64,000 nucleotides of DNA from Phallusia mammillata. Taxonomy: Eukaryota. Made by a program: the position numbers and the translations under genes. The DNA lies in the NCBI GenBank assembly GCA_965637545.1, contig OZ281497.1, forward strand, positions 12,648,001-12,712,000, given 5' to 3'. The notes under the pieces are model-generated. The model was not told where the DNA came from, searched no databases, and saw nothing but the letters and a program-made list of their open reading frames with translations. Position 1 is the first letter of the stretch; the number at the start of each line of letters is the position of its first letter. Of the stretch, positions 48,301 to 60,300 are shown one piece after another.

Positions 48301-51300
48301 GAGCACTGTCGCTTTCTGAGGAGACAGCCAGAACAGAATTAAAACCTACAACCTTGTGAACAAAAGGCACTTGTCCGCACCACTCATGTGTGGAAATTGA
48401 TCCTAAATCAGTGGTTTTCAACCAGGGTTCAATAAAGCCCTATTGTTTTGTGAAACCCTGACAAGAATTCCAGAAACTTTTGGAGCTCCACAAGGATTAT
48501 TGTAAGAATTCAGGGATGATTTAAATGAATATATTTTGTGCTGAGAGTATAAAAGATTTCATGATGCCAAAAATCTGAGTGGGCACTAAAATTTAACCGG
48601 TGCACTAAAAAACATATAATACAACCCTAGTAAGAGTAGGAAATAGTTGTTTTGTGTAACTGGAAATCTTTAAAAGAGATGTGGTGTCCCTACTGTTGTT
48701 TTCAAACCTGGCTGTCATGGGACTCAGTTCCAGCCTTGAAGAGATGACGCCGTGACAAGAATCGACGCATTGCCTTCTCGACATTGCTCATTTTTGATTT
48801 CCCTATGTCACTCTGCAACTCGGATGTAATGGCAACACCTTTTTGGGATGCTGGAAATTTGTTTTAGACAATTATGGATCAACTGATTTTACTATGTAAA
48901 CATTCGCGGAATGTTTTTTTCAACATAATATTGGTTACATCAAGTCATCATTATCACTGTGTGTTAATTGTATCATAACATTCCACATAAGAAATTAATT
49001 GAACTAAATTGAAGGGAAATCATGTCCAATAGAAAAAGGAGAAAGGTAGTGCAGGTAATAATTGAGTGCTCAAAATGAAAACAGCCAGTGCCAGTACCAT
49101 CGCAACAACAACACCCATCTTTGCAGTGATGCACAAAAACAGTGGATTCATACAGCATTCAACCTGGTGTTGTTCTTTTAAGTGCTTTGCCAAAGCCTTC
49201 TAAGTGTGCTAAGCTTCATTGCAAGCAATACTACTGACATGTAAAATGTTTCAAATTACAGTTTGATTTAAAAGTAGTGGAGCATGTATTTTGGGGGAGA
49301 TGACTGTCCAAACGAACCTGTCCGGCAACTGCTTCAGCATCTCGTCTGCTAATTGTAGCAGATCTCAAACTGCGGAATCTTTGAATGGCTCCCATGACAT
49401 TGGGCCTGTTAACCACCTCATTTACCTTACCCTCTAGGTTTCCTGGCATAGCGATGCTTCTTTCTTTGGCTTGAAATCAATGTGGACAAAATTAGAGTCC
49501 TTATCTCAGCTGCAGTAATTACGGCGACTTTTGCAGTGCCACTTATGCCAGTACTATGAAATAAGCCAACACTTTCAGACATGGGGTTGTTAATATAGCA
49601 GAGCAAATATTGCTTCAACATGCAATGCTTCTATTTAGTCATGCTGGTGCAAGCGTGCTCATGCAATAATACAAAAGTGAATCCTGACCAAGAATCTTAA
49701 TGCTATTCTGCAGTCGGATGAGATTTATGATGTCCTGCGGCAGCACAACGTTGCAGGTCTTGGCTGCAATAATGAAGCAAACAAAAGTAAGCACCCACTG
49801 GGTTTGCATGATGACCTTGATCCATTACATGATAAAACATGAGCATGCTTTATAGTTAATCACTTGTTAATTCTGTTGAGAAAAATCTCAAAACAAAAGC
49901 ATTTTTCAATGACAGTAATAAGGGTTAGTTAAGCTGTTAGTCATGCCTCAAACATTGAAAATTCGGCAAACAATAGCAACATTGTTCGCGACAAAAACTG
50001 CACAAACAAAACTTACCAACTTCAGCCATTTTTTTAATTGTTTCTTCAAGTTTTGGTTTGTACTGAGTTAGTAAGTTTGGACTTTGGTACAATGAAACAA
50101 TCGCTCGAAGCAACTGTACATACGTTGTCTGGCGTGTCTAATAAAAAAATAATGTTTTCTAAATCAACTTTTCAACTCACAAAAAAAGTAATGCATAAAT
50201 ATGAAACATTAAATATATTCAGATGTGGACACTTGATCTGTTTTTATCAATGCAAAACTGAAAAAAGGTTCACCTGAATGAGGGTAGTAGCATCAGAAAA
50301 TGGAGAATTGAAAAACATGGTAATAATTTCCATTACAGTCGTTGCAAGGTACTCTTGAGTTTTGCGGTTCAATTCATTATCTGCAGGTTCTGATTGAACC
50401 TGTTAATGAAGCAATAGTGATGATTTCTGACAAACCACAACTTGATCAAATAAAACACTAAAATCTGTATGATATGTTACTATTGTTTGTGTTGCTGTTT
50501 TATTGAACTAATACGGGGGCGTGCAACATAAGGCCGCGGGCCGGATCCGGTCCGCAATGGGATTTCGAGTGGCCCGCAGACAGTTTTCGGTCTTACCTGA
50601 TAATGTGGCCCGCAGCCACAGTCTGCCGCAATCCCCCCACTACTTGCTTACTACGTTAAGTTATAGTTGTAACGGACAGTAAAGCTCCCCAATAGCAAAA
50701 AACCTTCCCGCCGTTGTTACCATTGCACCATATGCCCATTGTTACGACATAACTGCCAACCTTGTGTGTGGCCTACTTTCACGGTTTCCTTTGTTTCCAC
50801 ATGTGCACCCTAGTTAGTGTTTCAGCAGTATCTAAGTCTGTGGTGTATGCATTAAATTTGCTGTGGTGAATAATTTTATGTTATATTGTTTGGACTGTAT
50901 TGTAATTGTGACGTTCTTGATTGTATTTGGTTTAGGTGGTCAAAAATCCGTTTTAAATCACTGGATAAATACGCGATTAATGTAGCAATTCAGGAATCCG
51001 GTCCGCCAAGTATTTCATTTTCCCATATCAGGCCCGCCGACTGGAGAAGTTGCCCGCCCCTGAACTAATAGCTACTCTAATTTAACTTTGTTCTCCCACC
51101 AAACCAAAAGCGAGTGCTAACAAAATCACAAATATTTACATGTCTTTTGCTCAAATTATCGTTACTTTAGGCAGGCATTTTGAAGGCATTGAAAAAATGA
51201 GCGTAAAGCAAATGTTATAAGTTGTTTAAAATAAAGCCACACAATAACCTTTTTCATGTCGATCATAAAATATTCAAAGAGTTCCCAAATATGCGATGAT

Positions 51301-54300
51301 GAATAAATTTCCTTCATTTCAACCTCTGTATCCACATAACAATGATTGAGAAAATTGACATATGCATTTTTCACTTCTGGTGTGCAGGCCTCATGTGTTA
51401 CCACCTACAATACATGAAACAATATATGGTTGAAGCATAAAATTGCTTTGTAACATGGGTGTTGCATAAACTGTTTTTGTTGACCTGTCTGATATCATCA
51501 AGCGGAAGAAGGCTGTGGCATTTAATTTCTGTGTAGACATTTTTTCCTTCTGTGCAGTATGCTGAAACAACCATATTAAGTTAAAATAACAACAATAAAA
51601 CATTCAAAATTGTCTAATAAAATGTGTTTATTAGATATTCACAAAATATCTCATATTCATTAACATTTGGTATATATTGGCATTTTATGCAAACATTTAG
51701 CATTATTTATTTTAAATGTGGATTTAGTTTGTAAATTGAATTCAAATGTTTATGCAATTCTAATGTTGTTCAGTTATAAATATTTTTATGTAGTTTTATA
51801 CCCAGAAGCTGAACAAGTTCAATGTGATACAACAATGGACTAAGTTCATCATCATCCATGTCTCCTTTGTGGAAAGAAGAGTCAAGTTCTTCTTGAAGAC
51901 GACTTCTTCTTGCATGTTCCTTCATTAACTCAACCAAAAGCTTAAATGACGCTTGGTCATTGTAAAACAACAAGACCTGGAAAAGAGTACAAAACTGAGG
52001 GCTGAAAATATGACAGTTTTCAACCTAAAGGAAACATTGGCAATCCAAAAATCATCCGCTTATTTTTGTTTGTACAGACAAATGCTTTTAATCTTAAACC
52101 CAATTTGCCAAGAACTCTTATGTGATTACCCGTTATGTAATATACTGACATTTAACCAGAGTTACATTGGTTTTGATGTGATTCGATGAACACATTTAAG
52201 CAAAAACATCATAAAGAGCTTTTACCACATATCTATTTACACAATAGCCAAGTTTAGGGATCCATAAGTAACAAATACATAAGTTTGGTAAAATGTCAAA
52301 CATTATTCAAAAGTTTATTTATGGGGAAGGGTGGCTATAATTAATACCTCTTCACCAGCTTGTGTGTTTACCAACTCAGCCATCACCATATCTTGACATC
52401 TTCGGTTGTGACCTTTGCCCTCTGACTTAATGATAGCCTGCAAAAACTTCAGATATTCTGTCCTCCTACCATGGCTTTCTGTTCAAATGTAAGCTAGTGT
52501 TAATGACTGACTCAAGACACAAGATTAATTAAGTAAAAGGACCAACCGATACAGTGAACAAAATGTTGAATTACTGCATGCGTGACTTCATTGCACAAAG
52601 CCACATTGTCCTGGAAGATTGCTTGCATGGTTTGAGCTTCAAGTATCTGAAATCAAAACACAACATTTAGATATATTTTGTAAGCAGGAAATGTTCGATT
52701 GGCAGAAGGAGTTTACAGATATCTTTTCATACCCCTGGAGTCATAAAAAGGTTGAGATTTTTGTGCAGAAGAACTTGATTCTGGTGATTTCCTTTGCAGA
52801 ACACTTGCAGAAATTTGTGAGCACGCTTCATAATGGAATGCATTTGGCTGTCGCTGTTTCTTTCATAAGATATCTGGGTAATTTTTGCACACAATAAACA
52901 TATTTGTATTGTAGTTAGTTTGATAATAAGCAGCAATTATCAGATAACCAGTCTACCTAAATTAACCAAATGAGTCAATCAATAAAGCATCAAACTGTGA
53001 TACAGGTTTCTTGTGAGTGTATACACATGCTCTATGGGTAAAAACATTTTTGACATTGCTCCTGTAGAAATTTAACATTGCATTTATTGTGGAAACATGT
53101 TGTCAGGACTAATGATTTGCAGTCCACATGTACTGTTTCACTGAAATGAGCTGGATAGAAAATATCAAGAAATCAAACATTGTAACAATCAACTTTTTTT
53201 GTGTTCATGCAAAGAAGTCATGGTCAAAAGGTTTTTAAATTTTATATTTTTATGTTCTTTTTTAGAAGTACAAATTAGTAGAAAGTACAAATTAGTACAT
53301 CAACGCAAACTTCAAAAGTTTTGTCCATATCGAATTTACATTATATTGTCTTATATTTATAAAGGTAGTAAAAAAACATAAAAATACTCCCAATCTGAGA
53401 ATTGAATCTCTAGGTTTAACCTCGAAAAAGCTGTGCAAGGCCAGTTTTGAAACAGTTAAAACTTTTCCTAGAAAACCTAGACAGTATTACAGACACTGAC
53501 AAAATAGAAAGATATTTTGCAGCAAAGGTATTGATAACAAATTGTTGTTCAGTGGCCGCTGAAGATCGCTGTGTAATCGCCGAATGACCGTTTAATGGCC
53601 TTTTGACACAGTTTTCAATAGCATGCAGTTCCTAGTGTTCAACAATAATGTTTCTCTTAATTTACACATAACTCACCAATTGTTTCTGGAGTACATAAAT
53701 AAGTAGCTAGATTGTGACCAAAAATCATTCTCGACTGTGTTCTGCACTACCTACAAGTTTAGGACTTTTCGTCGCACGGTGGCAAAACTAACAATGACCA
53801 TTTAATGACTCTTTATTGCATCTTTGGAAAGCGTCCAGTTTTTACATTCATGTTAATCAACAATGGTTGCCTGATATGTATGAAACTGAAATATCATTAA
53901 TAAAACTACATAGCATTATTGCACTGATGTTTTATCATCAAAAAGACTGCCCCGTAAAATGTCCATTCATGCATCAAGCAGCAATCTCCCATTATACATT
54001 AAATTGCCACAATTACAAACCAGTGAATTACTCCCTTGGTCCTTCCAGTGTACACATATTATGGGCTGCAAAGGTAACCATTTGGTCGATTGAGCCAAAA
54101 TATTAAATACTAAACAAGTAACCCACCACAAACAATTGTTTAAAATTTTGTATTTCAGACCTGAAGGAATGGGAAAGCTAAAACCGAATATTTCGAGGTT
54201 TAGGGGTGAAAAATGGGTGAATCTCATCAAAAGTTACAATATTCTTTGGAATACCTTACATTGCACAAACAAACAAAGCAAGAAACTCCTAGACCATGTA

Positions 54301-57300
54301 CTTTAGTAAGTACAGCCGTTTTAAAAGTTTACGTTTTGGGGAACTGTGGGTGAACCGCTGGGTCATTTCAGGTCAAACTTCAGAAAGATCAAATTTGGAT
54401 CAACAACTAACATCTGTGTAAATTTGATTAAATTTGAAGCACTCTTTCTTGGCCAAACACTGGACACAACCAGCGTTAGACGGAAAAAAGAAAAAAAAAT
54501 CTGGACAAAAACAATATGTGTCTCCTTCAGGGAAGGGGACCCATAATAAACAGAGTAACATTAGTATGTATAATATAGTCATTCACCAATTTTCCTGTTA
54601 TGGCAAAGTCAATGAAAATCTGTGTAAGAAGGATGCTTAGTTACTTGTGTTAAAGTTACCTGCAGTAAATCAAGTACTGCACTGTGAGCATCCATGTTTC
54701 GCAGTAAACGTTGTTGTTCCTTGCATGGAAGCTCATTTTCTCCAGACACACAAAGTTCTGTGAGCTTTTTTAGTATCTAAAAATAAACATGCACCCATTA
54801 AAAAAAATTATCTTCCAGTCACACATAAACAACAATTATTTATACTTTATTTATTGTGTTGTAGTTTTTGAAGGATGACGATGATATGACTGGCTTGTGA
54901 GTATCAGCCACACCAGAATCAATACTTTCATCTCGACTGGGAAACTGTAACAAAAAGTTTGGGTAAAACTCAACACAAAGAACTAGATGATGCTTATTAT
55001 CAAAATATTTAAACATGAATATGACATATGGTATTAGAGTCAGGAAATTCACAAGTAAACACATGAAATGAGACAATTCACAGCAGGAGTCTCCAATGTG
55101 CGGCCTGCGGGCCACATCTGGAGGCAATTTTCTGTGGCCCGCAGCGTTCTAAGCAAATGAAAAAATATATAATTTCTTGGCAAATATGACCAAGTTTTCT
55201 TTGGTTTTACTCACATCGAGTGTTCAACAAAGGAAAATTAATGAAACGTTTACCCAGACCCACACCCATCAATATCACTACATTAAAAATTACAAATTAA
55301 ACCTTTGTGATACATTAAATGTACAATAATTATTATGATAAAATAATGCAAACCAAGTCTGATCATCAAGTAAACTTCAGAATCTGTTGAGTTTTGGGAT
55401 TATTGTATAGCAAGGGTGGGCAGCCTTGCAACACAGTATGTAACAGTAAGTTTTGCATTTGTACCGAACAAAGCCTTTTGTTATTACTTGTTACGTACAA
55501 ACGCAAAATTGTTGGGTGTATGTGAGCTTGCCTTAAAACAATGTGATAAAGTTGTGTTTGAAACTGTGAGAGTGTGCATGATTGTTAGTATCCTAAGCAA
55601 AGCTGTTTAAACGTAAACTTGCTTGGAGGAAGCCAGTACTGTAGTTTACTTTATATTGTACATATTCATTTAGAACAAATATATACAAATTAAAGTTGAG
55701 TTACACTATTTTATTATTGCATGACAGCATGAGCATAGTTGTGGCCCGCCCCCCCGCAATATCTCTACTTTTTTGGCCCACACATGCAAAAAGTTTGCTC
55801 ACTTTTGCTGTATAGGTTTAGCTTAGGGATGGGGAACGTTTAAGTTCAAGAAAGCCTACCAACAATTTATTTGACACTTGTGTAGGCCGCATAGACTGTT
55901 TGGAGACCCCTGATTTAAAGCTTGTGTAAAAATTAGGGAAATTACAGTTTGTTTGATTTCATGACAGATCACATTGTAAAGTTGTGAAACAAAATCTGGA
56001 TGAAGTTTTCTCAATTTCCAATGCAAAGAACAAAACTGTACATTACACATAAACTACAAGCAATTGATTCATACAGGCAAAATGCTGTTGTTCCAAGCAC
56101 AAATTGTTTTTCATGCAGTGAAAACTAGGTCAAGTTCCAAATAATTTCAAATATTGGTTTTTTTTTTGAATTTTCATGACAGTTACTTACACTTGCTTGC
56201 TGACTAAGTCTGGAGCGATGCAGGCGGGGAGGCAAAATGCAAATATCACCCTGCATCATTGCAAATGGCAAGCATACGAAGTTTGTAAACAAAACATCAC
56301 CAAAGAATTGGGCTTAAGCAAGGTATTTACATGCCATAAAATAAGCTCAAAACAGTAGGCAAATAAGTGAAAACATAACCAGTATGTTTGAGGAATATTT
56401 TCAGCAAGACAAAATTACAGAAAAAACTAAACACGAGGAAAGATCATTATTCATTAATAATAAAATACTCAACATTATTCATTAATAAATAATAATAAAA
56501 AAGTGAAAATTTTCGGTCATATGCTGGAAATAAGAAACGGCCATTATAGGCCAAATGTGCGTTTAGAAAACAATATCTGGTAAATTTAAAAAAGGGTTTA
56601 AGAAGACTAAATCAATAAGCTTATTTACACAGGTAAACAAGTATCTAATATAATATTAGCACCAGCATTCAAATTTGACACGCAATAAAGGTTAGCCAAA
56701 CTTGTATAATTACTTTTATCAAGAGCCACTCAAACATATTTGCCTTTCAGTGCTTTGTGTGACAATAGAAGCTTATTTAGAGTGACATTTTCATGCTTTT
56801 GAATAATGATTTCTTTAAACTTTTGTTGTACAATACTTTGGATTGTGTGGGCAACTTGGCACTGCGGCAGTGTTGGCATTTTAAGTGTAGATTGACCATC
56901 CTTGCAATATGGTTTAACCAAAAAAACCTTAATTAAGCAATAAGCTGAATTTCTGCTACTTACCGCAGGCATGCTGGATACAGAGCTGCTAGTTGAATCT
57001 TCCCTCCGTGCATCCCGTGATGCAGGCTCATGTGATGTTTGTGAGCTGGATGATTTTCCTTTTAGCACCCACAATTCGCTTTTTTCCACAAGCAGTCTAA
57101 GTTGGTCAAGATTGGATTTGATTCCCTTGTAATTTTCATGTTCATCCTTTGTGACAAGCAGCTGCACCTAAAATAGTTGCGAACATTCAAACAGACGGCA
57201 AACAATGCAAATGATGTTTTTTTGTAGTTTGTAAAATTGCGACATAACAAGGTGATTCCTGACGAAAACATACGTAAGTCTACTTTATAATTCCAGAACC

Positions 57301-60300
57301 AACAAAAAAGTGATCAAACACACCACCAAAATCTTTCTAATACACTAAAATAGATGCACCATACCAGCCTAAAAAATACAGGTTTATATTGAATATGCAG
57401 CCAAAACTCTAAGGAGTTTCAGCAAGACAGTCAAATCGTAAACCTGTAATAATCATGATGCCAAAGCTTTTTATCCAAAGACCAAGGCAGGGTTTAAAGG
57501 AACTCCTAACATAGGAAATTAATATTGCTGTGCAGTTAGAATAAAGGTTTTCATTCAAATTAAAGTTTATGAAGTATATTTTTGTATGATTTCAACAAGG
57601 CATTTGTTTCATAGTTTTTATGCGCTCAGTGCATGGATTTCAGACCTTGGTAGGAAAGAAGTTCGGCCCACACATCTCTCTCTACCTAAAAACTTTTAAA
57701 GTGATACATCTTCTGGTCCCTTTTACAAAAAAATGTGAGAACAGTTTTTGCTTTGTCCTTGTAAAGTTTTGTTCAGCTGTCTGTATCATCAACATTACAA
57801 ATTTCAAGACTATTGTGATCTGTCCATCATTAAGCTGTTTAGAAGTTGTTGCAGCTTTCTATGATTTGCCTTCACAAAGACGGTAGTAGACAGTGACAAT
57901 ACATGACCATCAACAGTGCTTGATCAGAAACAGGTTCAGAACCACTGGTTTAATACAACTTGTACATTAAAAGTCAGCAAAGAACAATAACTGTCCAGAG
58001 TTTGACCAGTGGCTGATAACGATTAGGCAGTAATTTGTTTGTGGTGCGGTTGTCTATAATGTGACTTTATTCTGATGTTGCTGTGCTAGTACGCATACCA
58101 TGTGTGAGTTTTATTTAGCGATGTAGATTGTTTCTAAATAGCAATTCTATTAGTTCACTTTGACTTACATTTTTGAAAGCCTGTAGCACCTCCTGTCTTT
58201 GACTAAAATGTCGAAACAACAGTTGTAAAGCACCAGACACTAAAGGTGGGTAGTCATGCATGACCAGGTGAAGTAAAACTCTGAGAAACATTCGACCACC
58301 ATCATCATCCAAATCCAAACCACTGCTTTCCAACGAACCATCAAATATGCCTTCAGCTTTTGCTGATATAATGCTTAAGTTGATCAATGGTGGAGGATCT
58401 ATAAAATGTCACTGTCTGTTTAAAGTAATATTGAAAGGAATTGCATTAACAAAAACAAACACATAAACCTTAAATGTTTAGGTTCTAATAAGGTATTTGG
58501 GACAAGCCTCCATTTAATGTTCAGTGTATGATACAAACCACTAAAAACATCATTGAGTTTTTACTTGAGGGATAACATTAACACCACAAATGTTTTAAAA
58601 AATCTAAAGTTGCTGTAAATTTTTATTAAATATGAAGCAAAATATACTTTGTCCTTGGTTTGTCATATTGTTGTTTCTCTCGTTTGCTTCATTTCTTTCT
58701 GCTTTGTTTTCATCAAACTCTCTTTTGAAGATAGATAAAAGACTTGAAATTCTGTAGTCAAGCCTGACATCCAAAATAAACTGTAACACAAAAAAAACAT
58801 TTGAAAAAAATTCAGAAAAACAAAAAAAACTACTTCTGGGGCAAACACTTACATGCAAAATTTCAATAATCTTCAATTTAGTCTCCAAGACATGTTCATC
58901 ATGTGAGTTAGCACTGAGTGATGCTGGGGCCATTGAACTGTTTGATGATGAGTCCCCTCTATTGGTTGCTTGTTGGTCGAGGGAACTTCCCATAGCCAAG
59001 GTACTAACCATCACAGCAATACTACCAACACCCCGGCTAATAGAATCAGGATCTGCAAAAAACACTTTTGTTACGCAATTCATATGCAGATAACAGGCTT
59101 GTCAAGTCCTTGAAACCTGTTTGTTACACTGACATGTTCCATACAAAAAGTATTTATGGGTCGATATTTTAACTAATGTTTAGAGACATGATACCAGTTT
59201 ATGATAAAGATCCAGGCAGTAAAAAACTGGTCGACAAAGCTTGTAACACCAAAACTTTCCAACTCAATGGAGAAAGTAAGCCAGGAGATTATTTGCTGCT
59301 CTGTTCACATCAACTAAAACTGGATCACTATTGCAACGAACTGGAGATGAATTTTGAAACCCTTACATCTTTTTTATTTATTTCTTATTTGAACCAAAAT
59401 TTTTTTTATTCGAGTTTAAAATGTGAGACGTACTGTTTTGCATCATTCGTCCTTGGCCGAAGACATTATTTGCTGACACACCATTGATACAATCAAGAAT
59501 TTGAAGCAGAGTTCGTGTGAGACTTAACAGATCAGCAAAACTGTAGAAGCCAAAGTATATGAGATGTCTTGCCAAGTTTACCACCTGTAACATATATAAC
59601 ATGACATCATAATGCTGCAATTATGTGAATCAAGGATTGTTCTATTGCTGCTGTAAAAGGAACATGAGATAGATCAATAAATACTCACATGAAAACTAAA
59701 CTTGCATTGATCCTTGGAATCAGCCTTGCAGCATTAAGACAGAAAAAATAGACTATAACTTATCACTGTTTAATTTAAGCAAATGTTTTTAAATCCATTT
59801 TTACAAAAGAAATACACACCTCATATGTCAACTTGTTTTCTTCCCGGTTTTTGAAAATCCAGGCATTGTTGACAAACCCATTGAGATATTCTTCAACAAA
59901 TTGCATAGTTGGAACAAATTTTGCACAGTCTCGTCGACTTTCTGCATTATCGTATCTAAAAATAAAAATGTAGTTCAATTATCCACAAAATAAAAATGGT
60001 AAAACTTGGTAAAATTTCAAGAATGGTAGAATTTCTTACCCATTAATTGTAATTTGATTTGAAATTTCAGACCAAAGTCGTGCATACTGGACAGGTATGA
60101 CAGATTCCTGTGGATCTCTGTCTACATGCATATGCAACATCAACTAAAATCAATCAAAACAACTTATTGACTTATTTAAGTTTAATGATGAAAAGGCCCA
60201 TGGGAAGTGATGTGGTGCTTCCTTTGGCTGATTGTTTTTGAACAGGTCAACAATTTTGATATAAAGTGTACACAACAAAAGGAGTGATGATATCACCGCT

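Noticed and set aside
56730-56963. ORF continuation past the ITPR donor at 56964 (possible extra small exon [12 protein letters not shown]...)
   Set aside because: The strong GTAAGT donor joins 54944 in frame, and the candidate lacks a convincing in-phase donor.
47870-57960. Isolated hAT-like TIR fragments (GTTGGCAACCCTG ~47876, CAGTGGTTTTCAACC ~48409, GTTCAGAACCACTG ~57934)
   Set aside because: No partner TIR or TSD was found, so boundaries cannot be defined.
59176-59487. Plus-strand 103-aa ORF inside and overlapping ITPR intron and exon
   Set aside because: No recognisable domain; it partly overlaps an antisense exon and is likely chance.
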